Below, piece by piece: positions 31,173-40,987 of a stretch of DNA of 64,000 nucleotides. A program made the translations under genes and the position numbers. A model generated the notes under the pieces. That model was not told the DNA's origin and searched no databases. It worked only from the letters and a program-made list of their open reading frames with translations. Every line of letters starts with the position of its first letter. Position 1 is the first letter of the stretch. Source of the stretch: Clostridia bacterium. Lineage in GTDB: Bacteria > Bacillota > Clostridia > Oscillospirales > Acutalibacteraceae. The DNA lies in NCBI GenBank assembly GCA_017428525.1, contig JAFRQQ010000020.1:59535-123534 (forward strand). Direction: 5' to 3'.

Positions 31173-31871
31173 TCAGACGATCCACTTGTAGCCGACGCCC
31201 CAGATGGTGATCAGATGCTGCGGGGCGGACGGCGTATCCTCCACTTTCATGCGCAGGCGGCGGATGTTGACGTCCACGATCTTTTCCTCGCCGAAGTATT
31301 CGCTGCCCCAGACTTTATTGAGGATCTCCGTACGGCTGAGCGCGTCGCCCGGGTGAAGGAAAAAGCACTCCATCATCTGGAATTCGACCTGCGTCAGTTC
31401 GATATAGCGGCCGTTTTTCGTCAGCGTGCGGCTGCGCAGATTCAGCTTGAATTCGCCCAGCTCGATCACTTCGACCATCGTGCTCTTCGCACCGGTGCTC
31501 ATCTGCACGCGGCGATAGATCGCATCCACGCGCGCCACAAGCTCCATGGGTGAAAACGGCTTGGTGATGTAATCGTCCGCGCCGCGCATCAGACCGGTGA
31601 TTTTATCCGTTTCCTGCGCTTTCGCGGTGAGCATGATGATGCCGATGTTGCTGTTGCGCGCGCGCAGGCGCTCGCAGGCCTCCAGACCGTCCATATTCGG
31701 CATCATGACGTCGAGCACTGCAACGTCGATATCGCCGCCGAGCGCATCGTAAAGCGCAAGCGCCGCCGCGCCGTCCTCCGCCTCGACCACTTCATAGCCG
31801 CCGCGTTTGAGATTGATCACAACAAACTCACGGATCGCCGCTTCATCTTCGGCTATCAGGACCCGTTTCAT
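31173..31871 (-). CDS. OmpR-family response regulator
   Basis: LIAEDE, LDVMMP, LTAK, GADDYITKPF, winged helix VDVNIRRLR.KVE, IWGVGYK. Confidence 0.95.
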   Translation of the reverse strand: MKRVLIAEDEAAIREFVVINLKRGGYEVVEAEDGAAALALYDALGGDIDVAVLDVMMPNMDGLEACERLRARNSNIGIIMLTAKAQETDKITGLMRGADDYITKPFSPMELVARVDAIYRRVQMSTGAKSTMVEVIELGEFKLNLRSRTLTKNGRYIELTQVEFQMMECFFLHPGDALSRTEILNKVWGSEYFGEEKIVDVNIRRLRMKVEDTPSAPQHLITIWGVGYKWIV

Positions 31872-31916
31872 TATCTCGCCCCCTGTTTCTGCATTCATCG
31901 GCCGTTCGCCCGGCCG

Positions 31917-33251
31917 TCAGGACAGTTTTTTGATTTTGGAAAGAACGATCTCCTCCGTGATGCCGCGGCGCACGCCCTTCTGCGTGATGAAGACGGACAC
32001 CACGCCGTCCTCAAGCTCCACGATCGGAATGTAGCTGACGAATTCTTCTTCGCCCCAGCGATCCTGCGGGATCTTGATCACGGAGAACAGCGCGTCATCC
32101 GGTGATTCCCGCTGATACACGATCCAGCAGTTCGAGCGCGGATAGCTGCGCAGGCCGAGCGTTTTCGCCTCATTCTTCGTCAGCTCGATCAGATAGTTTT
32201 CTTCCTGATTGATCAGCGTATACGCCGTATCCTCAAGGCCGTCGGGCGTGTAGGTTTTCCAGACGGTCAGATAAACCTCATCGTAATCGCTCGAGCCGGT
32301 CAGCGTTTCGGAGAAGACCTCGCTCTGCGTCGGGATATCGATGCGCCCGTCGCGGTTGAGATCGGCGCACTCGATCGGCGCGTTGCGCAGCGTCTGCGTA
32401 TGCGTGAGCGTTTTTTCATCCAGCAGCGGCGCGACCAGCTTGGAAAGGGTCGCGTCCCAATAAAGCAGCTCGGTGATCATCTGCTGCTCGCCGACCATCG
32501 CGTCGATATACAGCAGCAGCGGCAACGTCGCGGACGGCTTTTCGACCCGGATGGACACATAGCTGCTGATGCTCGCATCCACCGCGGTTTCACCGATGAT
32601 CGAACCGGCGCCGCCGGAGAGCTTCATCAATCGCGCGTAGCGCTGCGTGACCGTGCCGTTATTCACGGGCGAGATAAAGAACAGTTCCTCGCTGCCGTCG
32701 CCGTCCATATCCACGGTTTCGGACAGCGCGCAAAGCTCGGTCGCGATTTCCTTGAAGCCGTTGTAGCTCTGATCGCGGCGGTAAACAGAAAGCATATCGC
32801 CGGAGGACACGCCCGAAAAGCTCCACTGCACGATGATCTCCTTGATGCCGTCCGCATCCAGGTCCGCCGTCTGCACACTGCCGACCTCGCTGCCGTAGCC
32901 CTTGAAATTGCCGAGCGAGATCCAGCGGTCATTCAGCTCGTCGAAGTAATGCATATTCGCCATCGCGTCGGCGGCTTCATTGCGATAGAAGATCAGCGCC
33001 TCGTTGCTGCCGTCGGAATCCAGATCCTCGAGCACGACCGCGGAGGAATAATCGCCGCTGCGCGGAATGCACAGATCGACGTCCGTGCCGATGTTTTTAT
33101 GGAAGGCCTCAACCAGGTCCTCATATTCCGGATAATACAGCGGGGGCTTGAGCAGCTCGCTGACCGGACGGACCAGCGCGCCGGAGCTGCAGGAGGAAAG
33201 AACGAACAGCAGCGCAAGGCAAAGCGCCGCGATTCTGTACACCCGTTTCAC
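31917..33251 (-). CDS. Lipoprotein with FG-GAP/VCBS-like Asp-rich repeats
   Basis: Lipobox VLSSC; repeats DLDSDGSNE, DLDADGIKE, DMDGDGSEE, DLNRDGRID. Confidence 0.75.
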   Translation of the reverse strand: MKRVYRIAALCLALLFVLSSCSSGALVRPVSELLKPPLYYPEYEDLVEAFHKNIGTDVDLCIPRSGDYSSAVVLEDLDSDGSNEALIFYRNEAADAMANMHYFDELNDRWISLGNFKGYGSEVGSVQTADLDADGIKEIIVQWSFSGVSSGDMLSVYRRDQSYNGFKEIATELCALSETVDMDGDGSEELFFISPVNNGTVTQRYARLMKLSGGAGSIIGETAVDASISSYVSIRVEKPSATLPLLLYIDAMVGEQQMITELLYWDATLSKLVAPLLDEKTLTHTQTLRNAPIECADLNRDGRIDIPTQSEVFSETLTGSSDYDEVYLTVWKTYTPDGLEDTAYTLINQEENYLIELTKNEAKTLGLRSYPRSNCWIVYQRESPDDALFSVIKIPQDRWGEEEFVSYIPIVELEDGVVSVFITQKGVRRGITEEIVLSKIKKLS

Positions 33252-33295
33252 TGCCGTTCACCCCCAAAAGCATCGATTTTCCCATATTGGAGTAT

Positions 33296-33325
33296 ATTAT
33301 AACACAATCCTCAAGAATAAATCAA
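33296..33325 (-). promoter_or_regulatory. sigmaA-type promoter upstream of the lipoprotein/TCS unit
   Basis: Minus strand TTGATT-N18-TATAAT with an extended TG, in an AT-rich spacer. Confidence 0.55.
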
Positions 33326-33368
33326 TATCTATTATTAATTAATTTTAAATATTTAAGGACAAACACAG

Positions 33369-33405
33369 AAAAAACCGGCAGAACGAAGCGGGTTCGCTCT
33401 GCCGA
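33369..33405 (-). terminator. Rho-independent terminator after cdaR
   Basis: Minus strand cggcagagcgaa-cccgc-ttcgttctgccg followed by a T6 run. Confidence 0.7.
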
Positions 33406-33440
33406 TCGGGTCAATCTTTTGTTTTAAGTGTTTTGCTGAA

Positions 33441-34712
33441 TCATTGCAGCTGCACGGAGGCGATATACTCTCCGTAGGACCAGTAATCCTCGCCGGTCAC
33501 GGTCACGGGCACCGCCACGGTACCGGTCGTGCCCTCCGGCACGGTGCTCAGATCCGCAACGAGTACGAGATCATCCAGGTTCAGTGTGTCCAGCGTTTCC
33601 GCGGGGCCGACCAGCGTGATCTCCTCAAAGTGGAGCGATTCCGTCTTCGCGGACATGCCGTCCGGCACATTCGGGAAATCCAGAGAGACCGGCGCTGCCA
33701 CCGTGACGGTTTTCATCCCGTCCGCCACAATGGTGACGGTGAATTTCTCCGGCCCGTTCACGACAATGCCGCCGGTCAGCTCGGAGGCTTTGATTTCAAT
33801 CACGTTGGTGCCGGCAGTCAGGCTGCTGAACGGAATCTTCGCGATCTCGAAGGAATCAATGCCGTCCAGACGGCTTTCGGACACGCCGAATTCCGCAGAC
33901 GCCGGCTCCACCGTCACGGTGAAGGGCAGCTGATCCACATAGGCGGAAGGCGTGCCGGAAAAGCTGACGGAAGCAGGCAGCTTCGCTTTCTTATAAACCG
34001 GCACGGTGATGTGCGCGACGTTGCTTGCGCGGTTGAAGGAAATATAATTCGGGACCGACCCGTCCCGCGTGACGGCCACAAGCGTTGCGTCAAGCGAAGT
34101 GTTTGCGGTCAGCGGGGCGTCGATGCTTGCGCGCGCCACAACGGAAGTGATCTTGCTGACCTCGGATTCCGGGCCGCTCACGCGCACGGTCGTGCTCTCA
34201 CCGTATACGAGCTCGCCCGCAATATAGCCCTCCGCCACGAGCGCATCTTCGGTCTGAAGATCCGCCGTCAGAGCAAATTCCTTCTCCTTTGGATAATCAA
34301 AGAAGACGTCCACGGACTGCAGCGACCAGCTGTCGATCGTATAGGCGGCGCGGTCGTTGCTGCTCTCAACCGTGATCGGCAGGCTGTAGGTGCCCACGGA
34401 ATTCACCTTGCCCGTATTCGCGGACACGACAAGCTCCTCGAGCAGCTCCTGCTCATTGTCGACGTTATAGCGTTTGCCGCTGACCTTGATATCCACGGTG
34501 TAGTTGCTGTTGCCGAAAGGCACGAGCCCGAAATTCTCCTGCAGGCGCGCGTAATCCACCTGCACGGGCACATTGGTCAGCGTGCGGGTGATGTCCGTGC
34601 TCTTTTCCACGGAAACAAACAGCCAGATCAGTATGGCCGCGATCAGGGAAAAGACCATCAGAAAGCGGTTGTTATTGAAAAGTTTACTCAGATTGAAATC
34701 TTTGATTCTCAT
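33441..34712 (-). CDS. cdaR: CdaR/YbbR-like regulator of diadenylate cyclase
   Basis: N-terminal TM helix (SLIAAILIWLFV), repeated YbbR-like beta domains (VRVSGPESEV); directly follows cdaA. Confidence 0.85.
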   Translation of the reverse strand: MRIKDFNLSKLFNNNRFLMVFSLIAAILIWLFVSVEKSTDITRTLTNVPVQVDYARLQENFGLVPFGNSNYTVDIKVSGKRYNVDNEQELLEELVVSANTGKVNSVGTYSLPITVESSNDRAAYTIDSWSLQSVDVFFDYPKEKEFALTADLQTEDALVAEGYIAGELVYGESTTVRVSGPESEVSKITSVVARASIDAPLTANTSLDATLVAVTRDGSVPNYISFNRASNVAHITVPVYKKAKLPASVSFSGTPSAYVDQLPFTVTVEPASAEFGVSESRLDGIDSFEIAKIPFSSLTAGTNVIEIKASELTGGIVVNGPEKFTVTIVADGMKTVTVAAPVSLDFPNVPDGMSAKTESLHFEEITLVGPAETLDTLNLDDLVLVADLSTVPEGTTGTVAVPVTVTGEDYWSYGEYIASVQLQ

Positions 34713-35593
34713 TTTTTGCTACCCTTTAAGCGCTTGAAGAATTTGCGTATCGCGCTTTCCCCTTCCTGGTCCTGGGCGTTGGATTCGATCATCGCGTTGA
34801 GCAAGTATTCGCGCAGGCTGGATTCCGTCAGATCCCGCAGCAGTCTGCCGCCCTCGGCAATGGAAATCGTTCCGGTTTCCTCCGACGTGACGACCACGAC
34901 CGCGTCGCTGACCTCGCTCAGGCCGACGGCCGCGCGATGCCGGGTGCCCAGATCGCTGCTGAGCTCCTCGCTGTGCGTGAGCGGCAGTACGCAGCCCGCG
35001 CAGACCAGACGGCTGTCGCGAATGATGGCCGCGCCGTCATGCAGCGGAGAATTCGGGAAAAACATATTGCCGAGCAGCTCATGCGTCACCACCGCGTCCA
35101 CGGGCGTGCCGGTGCGGCTCACGTCGCCGAGCGGCGTCTCCCGCTCCATTACGATCAGCGAGCCGATCTTGCTGTCGCTCATGCGCTGCACGGCCTTGGC
35201 GATTTCAATGATCGCGTCCTGCTCCGTTTCAATTTGCAGCGCGTCGGCGCCCTTGAGCAGATTCGCCAGACCGGACACGCGGTTTTTGCCGAGATGCTCG
35301 ATGATCTTGCGGATTTCCTGCTGGAAAATGATCACGAGGATAATGAAAATATTCTTGAACACAACCTGGAACAGATAGGAGCTTGCCTGCATGCCGATAA
35401 TATAGACAACCGCATAGATCAGCGCAAGCAGAAGCAGGCCCTTCACGAGCTGGAACGCCCGCGTTTCGCGAATGAGCTTGATGCCCTGATAAATCACAAA
35501 CGCCACGAGCAGGATATCCAGCACATCGTACCAGGCAAAGCTCAACGAAAGCACTTTAGCAAAAAAATCCGAAATATTCTCAAGAAATGGCAT
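34709..35593 (-). CDS. cdaA: Diadenylate cyclase CdaA
   Basis: Three TM helices, FQQEIR, PLHDGA, GTRHRAA, VTSEETG. Confidence 0.95.
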   Translation of the reverse strand: MPFLENISDFFAKVLSLSFAWYDVLDILLVAFVIYQGIKLIRETRAFQLVKGLLLLALIYAVVYIIGMQASSYLFQVVFKNIFIILVIIFQQEIRKIIEHLGKNRVSGLANLLKGADALQIETEQDAIIEIAKAVQRMSDSKIGSLIVMERETPLGDVSRTGTPVDAVVTHELLGNMFFPNSPLHDGAAIIRDSRLVCAGCVLPLTHSEELSSDLGTRHRAAVGLSEVSDAVVVVTSEETGTISIAEGGRLLRDLTESSLREYLLNAMIESNAQDQEGESAIRKFFKRLKGSKK

Positions 35594-35639
35594 CGTCTCA
35601 GACCGCCCTTTTCGTAATAATCCAAACCGTTTGAATTCA

Positions 35640-35668
35640 ATTATAGCAGAATCGAAGTGCACTTGCAA
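35640..35668 (-). promoter_or_regulatory. sigmaA-type promoter for cdaA-cdaR
   Basis: Minus strand TTGCAA-N17-TATAAT with an extended TG. Confidence 0.6.
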
Positions 35669-35679
35669 ACATTCCGCGA

Positions 35680-36168
35680 TTATTTTACAAAATGTTCACG
35701 TTCGATCAGGCAGACCGCCTGCGCGGCGATCCCTTCCTCGCGGCCGGTGAAACCAAGGCCCTCTTCCGTGGTGGCCTTGACGCTGACCGCCTCCGCCGGC
35801 AGACCGCAGGCGTCGGCGATGTTCGCGCGCATCCGGTCGATATACGGGCGCAGCTTCGGGCGCTGCGCGAGCACGGTGGCGTCGATATTCACCGGCTGCC
35901 AGCCCGCTTCTTTCAGCCGGTCGGCGCAGATGCGCAGCAGCGCAAGGCTGTCCGCGCCCTCATAGGCCGGATCGGTGTCGGGAAACAGGCAGCCGATATC
36001 GCCCAGCGCCGCCGCGCCGAGCAGCGCGTCGCTCACGGCATGCAGCAGCACGTCGGCGTCGGAATGGCCGAGCAGACCGCAGGTGTGCGGGATCTCGACG
36101 CCGCCGAGGATCAGTTTGCGCCCGGGCACCAGCCGATGGACGTCATACCCCTGTCCGATTCTGAACAT
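35680..36168 (-). CDS. ispF: 2-C-methyl-D-erythritol 2,4-cyclodiphosphate synthase
   Basis: [37 protein letters not shown]. Confidence 0.97.
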   Translation of the reverse strand: MFRIGQGYDVHRLVPGRKLILGGVEIPHTCGLLGHSDADVLLHAVSDALLGAAALGDIGCLFPDTDPAYEGADSLALLRICADRLKEAGWQPVNIDATVLAQRPKLRPYIDRMRANIADACGLPAEAVSVKATTEEGLGFTGREEGIAAQAVCLIEREHFVK

Positions 36169-36763
36169 CTTGCTCCTCCCCTTCGATTTCCTGCACGATC
36201 TGTGCAAGTTCCTCATAACTGCTGATGCAGTTGAGCACCGTGAGCAGCGCGTTCGCGCTCAGACGGCCCGGCAGATCAAATCTGCGCAGGAGCGCTGCGC
36301 GCTTTGCGGCGCTGTCCTTTTTCCCGCTCAGTCCGAGCGTATACAGATCGGTCTTGGTGATCGGCCGCTCCGGCGTTTCCACCTGCTGAACCAGCACGCC
36401 CGCATGCTCAAGCGCCTGCACGATCACAGCCTCCGGCACGCCCTCCACGCCGAGCTTTCCCTCCTTGGACGGAGCGGTTTTGCGCCGCTCCTTGCCGTAA
36501 ATATCGGGAATATAGGCGTGAAAGATCTGCGAACGATCCACCGTGGAACCGATGAAATTGCGGATTTTGAAGCCGGCGGAATCGCTGTCGGTCAGCACAA
36601 GGATGCCGCGCGTCTGCGCCAGACGGCGAATCAGCCGCTGCAGCTCCTTATCGCGAAAAATGCCGAATCCGTCGGTCTGAATAATCGGCGCGTCAATGAT
36701 GGAGGAAAGCTTGATCTTATCGTATTTGCCCTCCACGATGACCGCCTGTCTGATCTGAATCAT
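36143..36763 (-). CDS. Toprim + DUF4093 protein (RNase M5-like)
   Basis: [29 protein letters not shown]. Confidence 0.85.
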   Translation of the reverse strand: MIQIRQAVIVEGKYDKIKLSSIIDAPIIQTDGFGIFRDKELQRLIRRLAQTRGILVLTDSDSAGFKIRNFIGSTVDRSQIFHAYIPDIYGKERRKTAPSKEGKLGVEGVPEAVIVQALEHAGVLVQQVETPERPITKTDLYTLGLSGKKDSAAKRAALLRRFDLPGRLSANALLTVLNCISSYEELAQIVQEIEGEEQDVQNRTGV

Positions 36764-36775
36764 AGTGATATCCCG

Positions 36776-37801
36776 TTATCTTCCGGCAGCGCGCGCAAGC
36801 TGCACGAGCGTCTGCTCGAGCACCAGACGATCATTGCCGCCGAAGCCCTTAAGTTCGGCGTCCGCCTGCGCGAGCAGCTCCAGACATTCGTACAGCACCG
36901 GCAAAGAGAGCGCGGACGCGTGCGGCGCCGCATTGCGCAGCCGGAATTCCTTCTTCGCATAATTATAGTTATCCGCAGCGGCGTCCGGGCGTTCACCGCA
37001 GGTCACCGCCGCCTTCACGCGGTAAAGATCCGTGTAGGACGCTGCAAGCGCGCCGAGGATCATCAGCGGATCCTCCCGCTGCGCAAACAGCTGCGAGAGC
37101 TTGCGCAAAGCCCCCTCGAGCCGCCCCGCGTTCAGATCGCGGATCATATCGAACACACGCGCCTCCAGACTCTTGACGCAGACGGCGTCGATCTCCGCGC
37201 GGGAGATCGTGCCGTCGCTGTAGGCGCAGACTTTTTCCAGTTCATTGAGCAGCAGGTTGAGATCCGTGCCGACGTTCGTCACGAAATAGAGCGCCGCGCC
37301 GCGGTCAAACGCGCAGCCGCGCTTTTTCGCGCCGTTTTCCGCCAGACGCACCAGCTCCGCCTGCTCACGTCGCGCGAATTTCACCACGCAGCCCAGCCAG
37401 TCAAACAGACGCACCGCCGCGTTGAACTTCGCGCCCTTGGGCTGCACCGTCTGATAAGCGAATACCAGCGCGCAGTCCTCCGGCGTTTCCTTCAGCAGCC
37501 GCTCGAGCGCGCGCAGTTCCTCGTCGTCCGCTTCCTCGAGCGGATAATCCAGAACCAGCACGCAGGTGTGCTCCGCCATCATCGGCACGGCGATCGCGGC
37601 GTCGTAGATATCGGAAAGCGAAGCGGATTTGCCGTCAAACCGGTGCAGATTGAAATCCGCAAACGCCGGCTCCACGACCGTATCGATGATTTTATTGACA
37701 TAGGTTTTCGTCAGATAGGTTTCTTCGCCGAACAGCAGGAAGCAGCCTGTTGACGACGTGCGCAGGCGTTCCCGCAATCCGCGTTCATCGAGCGTCGGCA
37801 T
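36776..37801 (-). CDS. holA: DNA polymerase III delta subunit
   Basis: LLFGEETYL, FNLHRFDG, ELEKVCAY; comEC-holA synteny. Confidence 0.9.
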   Translation of the reverse strand: MPTLDERGLRERLRTSSTGCFLLFGEETYLTKTYVNKIIDTVVEPAFADFNLHRFDGKSASLSDIYDAAIAVPMMAEHTCVLVLDYPLEEADDEELRALERLLKETPEDCALVFAYQTVQPKGAKFNAAVRLFDWLGCVVKFARREQAELVRLAENGAKKRGCAFDRGAALYFVTNVGTDLNLLLNELEKVCAYSDGTISRAEIDAVCVKSLEARVFDMIRDLNAGRLEGALRKLSQLFAQREDPLMILGALAASYTDLYRVKAAVTCGERPDAAADNYNYAKKEFRLRNAAPHASALSLPVLYECLELLAQADAELKGFGGNDRLVLEQTLVQLARAAGR

Positions 37802-37847
37802 CGCGTTCCTCCTTTCCGATTCTGAATCCTGAAACAATCATAAAAAG

Positions 37848-40046
37848 CTAATCTCTGCAAACGGAAATCTTCCCGTTCCTTGCGCGAATGAGCAGATCTC
37901 CGCACTCCGCGGTCGCGGCGGCAGGAATGCCCTGCGCCTGCAGCTCCGACTGCAGCAGCACGCCGCGCAGATTTTCCGCATTGACCGCAGCAAAGCGAAC
38001 TCCCTCCGGCGACAGCCCTGCGGGATAATCACCGCGAAAAACGAGCACCGACGCATCACCGGCTTCGGCCGGCAACCGGTCGAGCGGATCGAAGCAGATC
38101 AGCGCCGAGAGATCCGGCGTGCGGACCAGAACCGCATGCGTATCCTCAATCCGGAGGATCTGCAGCACGACGTCGCCGTCCGCATAAACGCCGGCAAAAG
38201 GCGTCTGCGGCAGCGCAAACAGTTCAAAGCCGTAGGGCAGCCGGTCCGCGATCACAGTCGGCGAAAACTGCTGCGCCAATTCGAGCGCATAGGCGCTGTC
38301 CGTTTCTGCAACGTCCGGCAGCAAAAGCGCGCGCAGCTGGCCGCCCTCGCGCTGTACCGCCTGCCGGATGTCCGACGCGCCGGTCATCGTTGAGCCGCCT
38401 GCGCCGATCAGATAATTCCGGTTGCGGCTTGACAGAAGCACAGCGGTGCCGTTGCCAACGTCCAGCACGCGCAGCCGCGTTTCACTGCGGCCGATCAGAC
38501 CGCCGCCGATCAAACCGACCAGCAGCACGACGCAAAAGACAAGCGACGACCATCGCAGCGTCTTCAGCCGTACCGACGCGAGCGTCAGTGAAACCGCAAG
38601 AATTACGAATAAAACAGCAAGCAGCAGGCAGGATGCCTCCTGGGAAAGGCGGACGGATAAATGCGGCAATTCGGAAATGACGTGCGCCGCACGCGAGAGA
38701 TATTTCAGCAGCAGCCCGCCGAGCAGGCCCGGCAGATTCAGATACGGCCAGCCGGCAGAGAAGATCACCGCGCCGGTCGCCGTGAGCAGAATCGCAGCGC
38801 CGGCAACGGGCGCGGCCAGCAGGTTTGATAGAAACATCGCGCCGTTCACGCCGCCGTAAACATAGAGCATCACGGGCAGCGTGAATACAAACACGGCAGC
38901 GCTCGCGCAGAGCATCTGCGCAGGCGGGCGCAACAGCCGCGGCAGGCGGAATCCGCGCGCGGCGAGAAAGTCACGCATAACGGGCGTTGCCATCTGCTCG
39001 AGAATCAGCCCGAGCGTTGACAGCGCGGACAGCAGCAGCCCGACGTGCAGCACGCAGTAAGGCTGCCACAAAACCAGACCGGTCAGCGCGAAGCCGAGGG
39101 AATTGAGCGCGTCCCGCTGCATCAGAAACAGCTCCGCCGCAAAATACAGCAGCATCATCAGTCCGGCCCGGACCACGGAATAGCTGAAACCGGTCATGCC
39201 CATGAAAAGGAGCACGAAGGCCATGCACAGCACAGTGCACAGACGCGGCGGCACATACAAACGCTCCAGCACCCGCCGGAGCACCAGCGTCCAGATCGAA
39301 AGATGCAGACCGGAAACACAGAGCAGATGCAGCATGCCGGCCAGACGGAACGCGGCATAATCGGCGTCGGTCAGCGCGTCCTTCTCGCCGAGGATCATCG
39401 CCTGCGCGATCCTCCCGTAGCGGTTCGGCAGCATGCGAAACAACGCGCTGCGCAGCCATGCGCGCAGGGAAATCACGCCGACAGCCAGCCGGTGGGCATG
39501 TCCCTCGCGTGGGAGCACGGTCACGCCGGACCGGTCCGTATAAGCGGCGAGATAGACGCCCTGCGAACGGTAGGAAACCAGCCGGTCCTCCGTCCCCTCG
39601 CCGGGCAGATAAAAGGTCACGGCCGCACGGATGCGGTCATAGGGGCGCGCCCCGGTGCCGATCGGCAGGGTCAGACGTGCCTGCAGATCGACGGGCGTTT
39701 CGTTCACCGTGAGGATCCGCGCGGAGACATACTGCTTGCCGTAGCGCGCCTCCGGCTCGCCGGTCAGCAAGGCTTCCACCTCGGCGCTCTGTCCGGCAAA
39801 CGCCTCGGCCGGGCGCACGCGCAGCAGCTGCGTACCCGCAAGCAAGAGCGCGGCGACCGCGGCAGTCAGCAGCAGCACGGCCGGCAGTTTCCCGCCGATC
39901 CGGCGGCGAACCGCAACGGCGCAAAGTCCTGCGGCAAGGCAGCCCACGCCGATCCCGAGCGCTGCGGCAGCGGAGACGCCGAGCGTCAGAAGCACCGCCA
40001 TAACAAAGAAAAGGTTCAGCCCGATCACAGCAAACGGACGCGCCAC
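37848..40046 (-). CDS. comEC: ComEC/Rec2 DNA uptake channel with degenerate metallo-beta-lactamase domain
   Basis: OB-like N-terminal region, competence core HLLCVSGLH and SVVRAGLM, C-terminal VLDVGNG start of an MBL domain. Confidence 0.88.
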   Translation of the reverse strand: MARPFAVIGLNLFFVMAVLLTLGVSAAAALGIGVGCLAAGLCAVAVRRRIGGKLPAVLLLTAAVAALLLAGTQLLRVRPAEAFAGQSAEVEALLTGEPEARYGKQYVSARILTVNETPVDLQARLTLPIGTGARPYDRIRAAVTFYLPGEGTEDRLVSYRSQGVYLAAYTDRSGVTVLPREGHAHRLAVGVISLRAWLRSALFRMLPNRYGRIAQAMILGEKDALTDADYAAFRLAGMLHLLCVSGLHLSIWTLVLRRVLERLYVPPRLCTVLCMAFVLLFMGMTGFSYSVVRAGLMMLLYFAAELFLMQRDALNSLGFALTGLVLWQPYCVLHVGLLLSALSTLGLILEQMATPVMRDFLAARGFRLPRLLRPPAQMLCASAAVFVFTLPVMLYVYGGVNGAMFLSNLLAAPVAGAAILLTATGAVIFSAGWPYLNLPGLLGGLLLKYLSRAAHVISELPHLSVRLSQEASCLLLAVLFVILAVSLTLASVRLKTLRWSSLVFCVVLLVGLIGGGLIGRSETRLRVLDVGNGTAVLLSSRNRNYLIGAGGSTMTGASDIRQAVQREGGQLRALLLPDVAETDSAYALELAQQFSPTVIADRLPYGFELFALPQTPFAGVYADGDVVLQILRIEDTHAVLVRTPDLSALICFDPLDRLPAEAGDASVLVFRGDYPAGLSPEGVRFAAVNAENLRGVLLQSELQAQGIPAAATAECGDLLIRARNGKISVCRD

Positions 40047-40073
40047 AAGCGTTGCCCCTTTCTGGTTGTTTCG

Positions 40074-40616
40074 TTATTTCTCGATCAGCGGCAAGGGGGC
40101 AAGGAAAATGATATCCTGACGTTCAGCCGCGTCGCCCTCGGCGAGCACCGCGCATTTCGCGACGATGTCCGCGCCGAATTTTTCGCAAAGCGCCACACAG
40201 GCGTTCAGCGATTCGCCCGTGCTGATCACGTCGTCAAGCACGACCACGCGCTTGCCGCGCAGCTGCTCGCCCTCAAGGGAATCCATGATCAGCGTCTGGA
40301 CGCCCGCGGTCGTGATGGACCGCACATTGACGGTCACCGGATCTTTCATATAGAGCTTGGCCTTTTTGCGCGCGACGAAATATTTCTTGCCGCTCTGGCG
40401 GGACATTTCATAGGCCAGCGGAATGCTCTTGGCTTCCGGCGTCACAATATAATCAAACGCCGGCAAGCGCTTGAGCAGCTCCGCGGCTGCGTGCACGGTG
40501 ATTTCCACATCGCCGAACATGATGAACGCGGCGATATCCAGCTTGTCATTCAGCGGGCAGCGCAGCAGATCGCGCTCCAGACCGGCGATATTGATTCGGT
40601 AATATTGATTCTCCAT
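40074..40616 (-). CDS. Purine (adenine-type) phosphoribosyltransferase
   Basis: PEAKSIP, VARKK, PRPP loop VVLDDVISTGES. Confidence 0.85.
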   Translation of the reverse strand: MENQYYRINIAGLERDLLRCPLNDKLDIAAFIMFGDVEITVHAAAELLKRLPAFDYIVTPEAKSIPLAYEMSRQSGKKYFVARKKAKLYMKDPVTVNVRSITTAGVQTLIMDSLEGEQLRGKRVVVLDDVISTGESLNACVALCEKFGADIVAKCAVLAEGDAAERQDIIFLAPLPLIEK

Positions 40617-40633
40617 GATGAGTTCCTCCCGCA

Positions 40634-40972
40634 TCAGCCTGCAGGCCAGCCGAACGTGCGGCCGCCCATCAGGTGGAAATGAATATGCTTGACGGATTGG
40701 CCCGCGCCTTCCCCGCAATTGTTGACAATGCGGAAACCGTCTTCCAGTCCCTTTTCCTTGGCCAGCTGCGCCGCAACTTCAAAAATGTGGGCGATCACAG
40801 CGCTGTTTTCCGGCGTGATTTCTGCAGCGGAGGCGATATGCACCTTCGGCACGATCAGAATATGCACCGGCGCCTGGGGCTCCAGGTCATAAAAGGCAAG
40901 GACGGTATCATCCTCATACGCTTTATTGGAAGGGATCTCCCCCGCGACGATTTTACAAAAAATGCAATCCAT
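40634..40972 (-). CDS. HIT family nucleotide-binding protein (HinT-like)
   Basis: DCIFCKIV.GEIP, PQAPVH, GQSVKHIHFHLMGG. Confidence 0.93.
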   Translation of the reverse strand: MDCIFCKIVAGEIPSNKAYEDDTVLAFYDLEPQAPVHILIVPKVHIASAAEITPENSAVIAHIFEVAAQLAKEKGLEDGFRIVNNCGEGAGQSVKHIHFHLMGGRTFGWPAG

Positions 40973-40987
40973 AGTTTGCTCCTTTCT

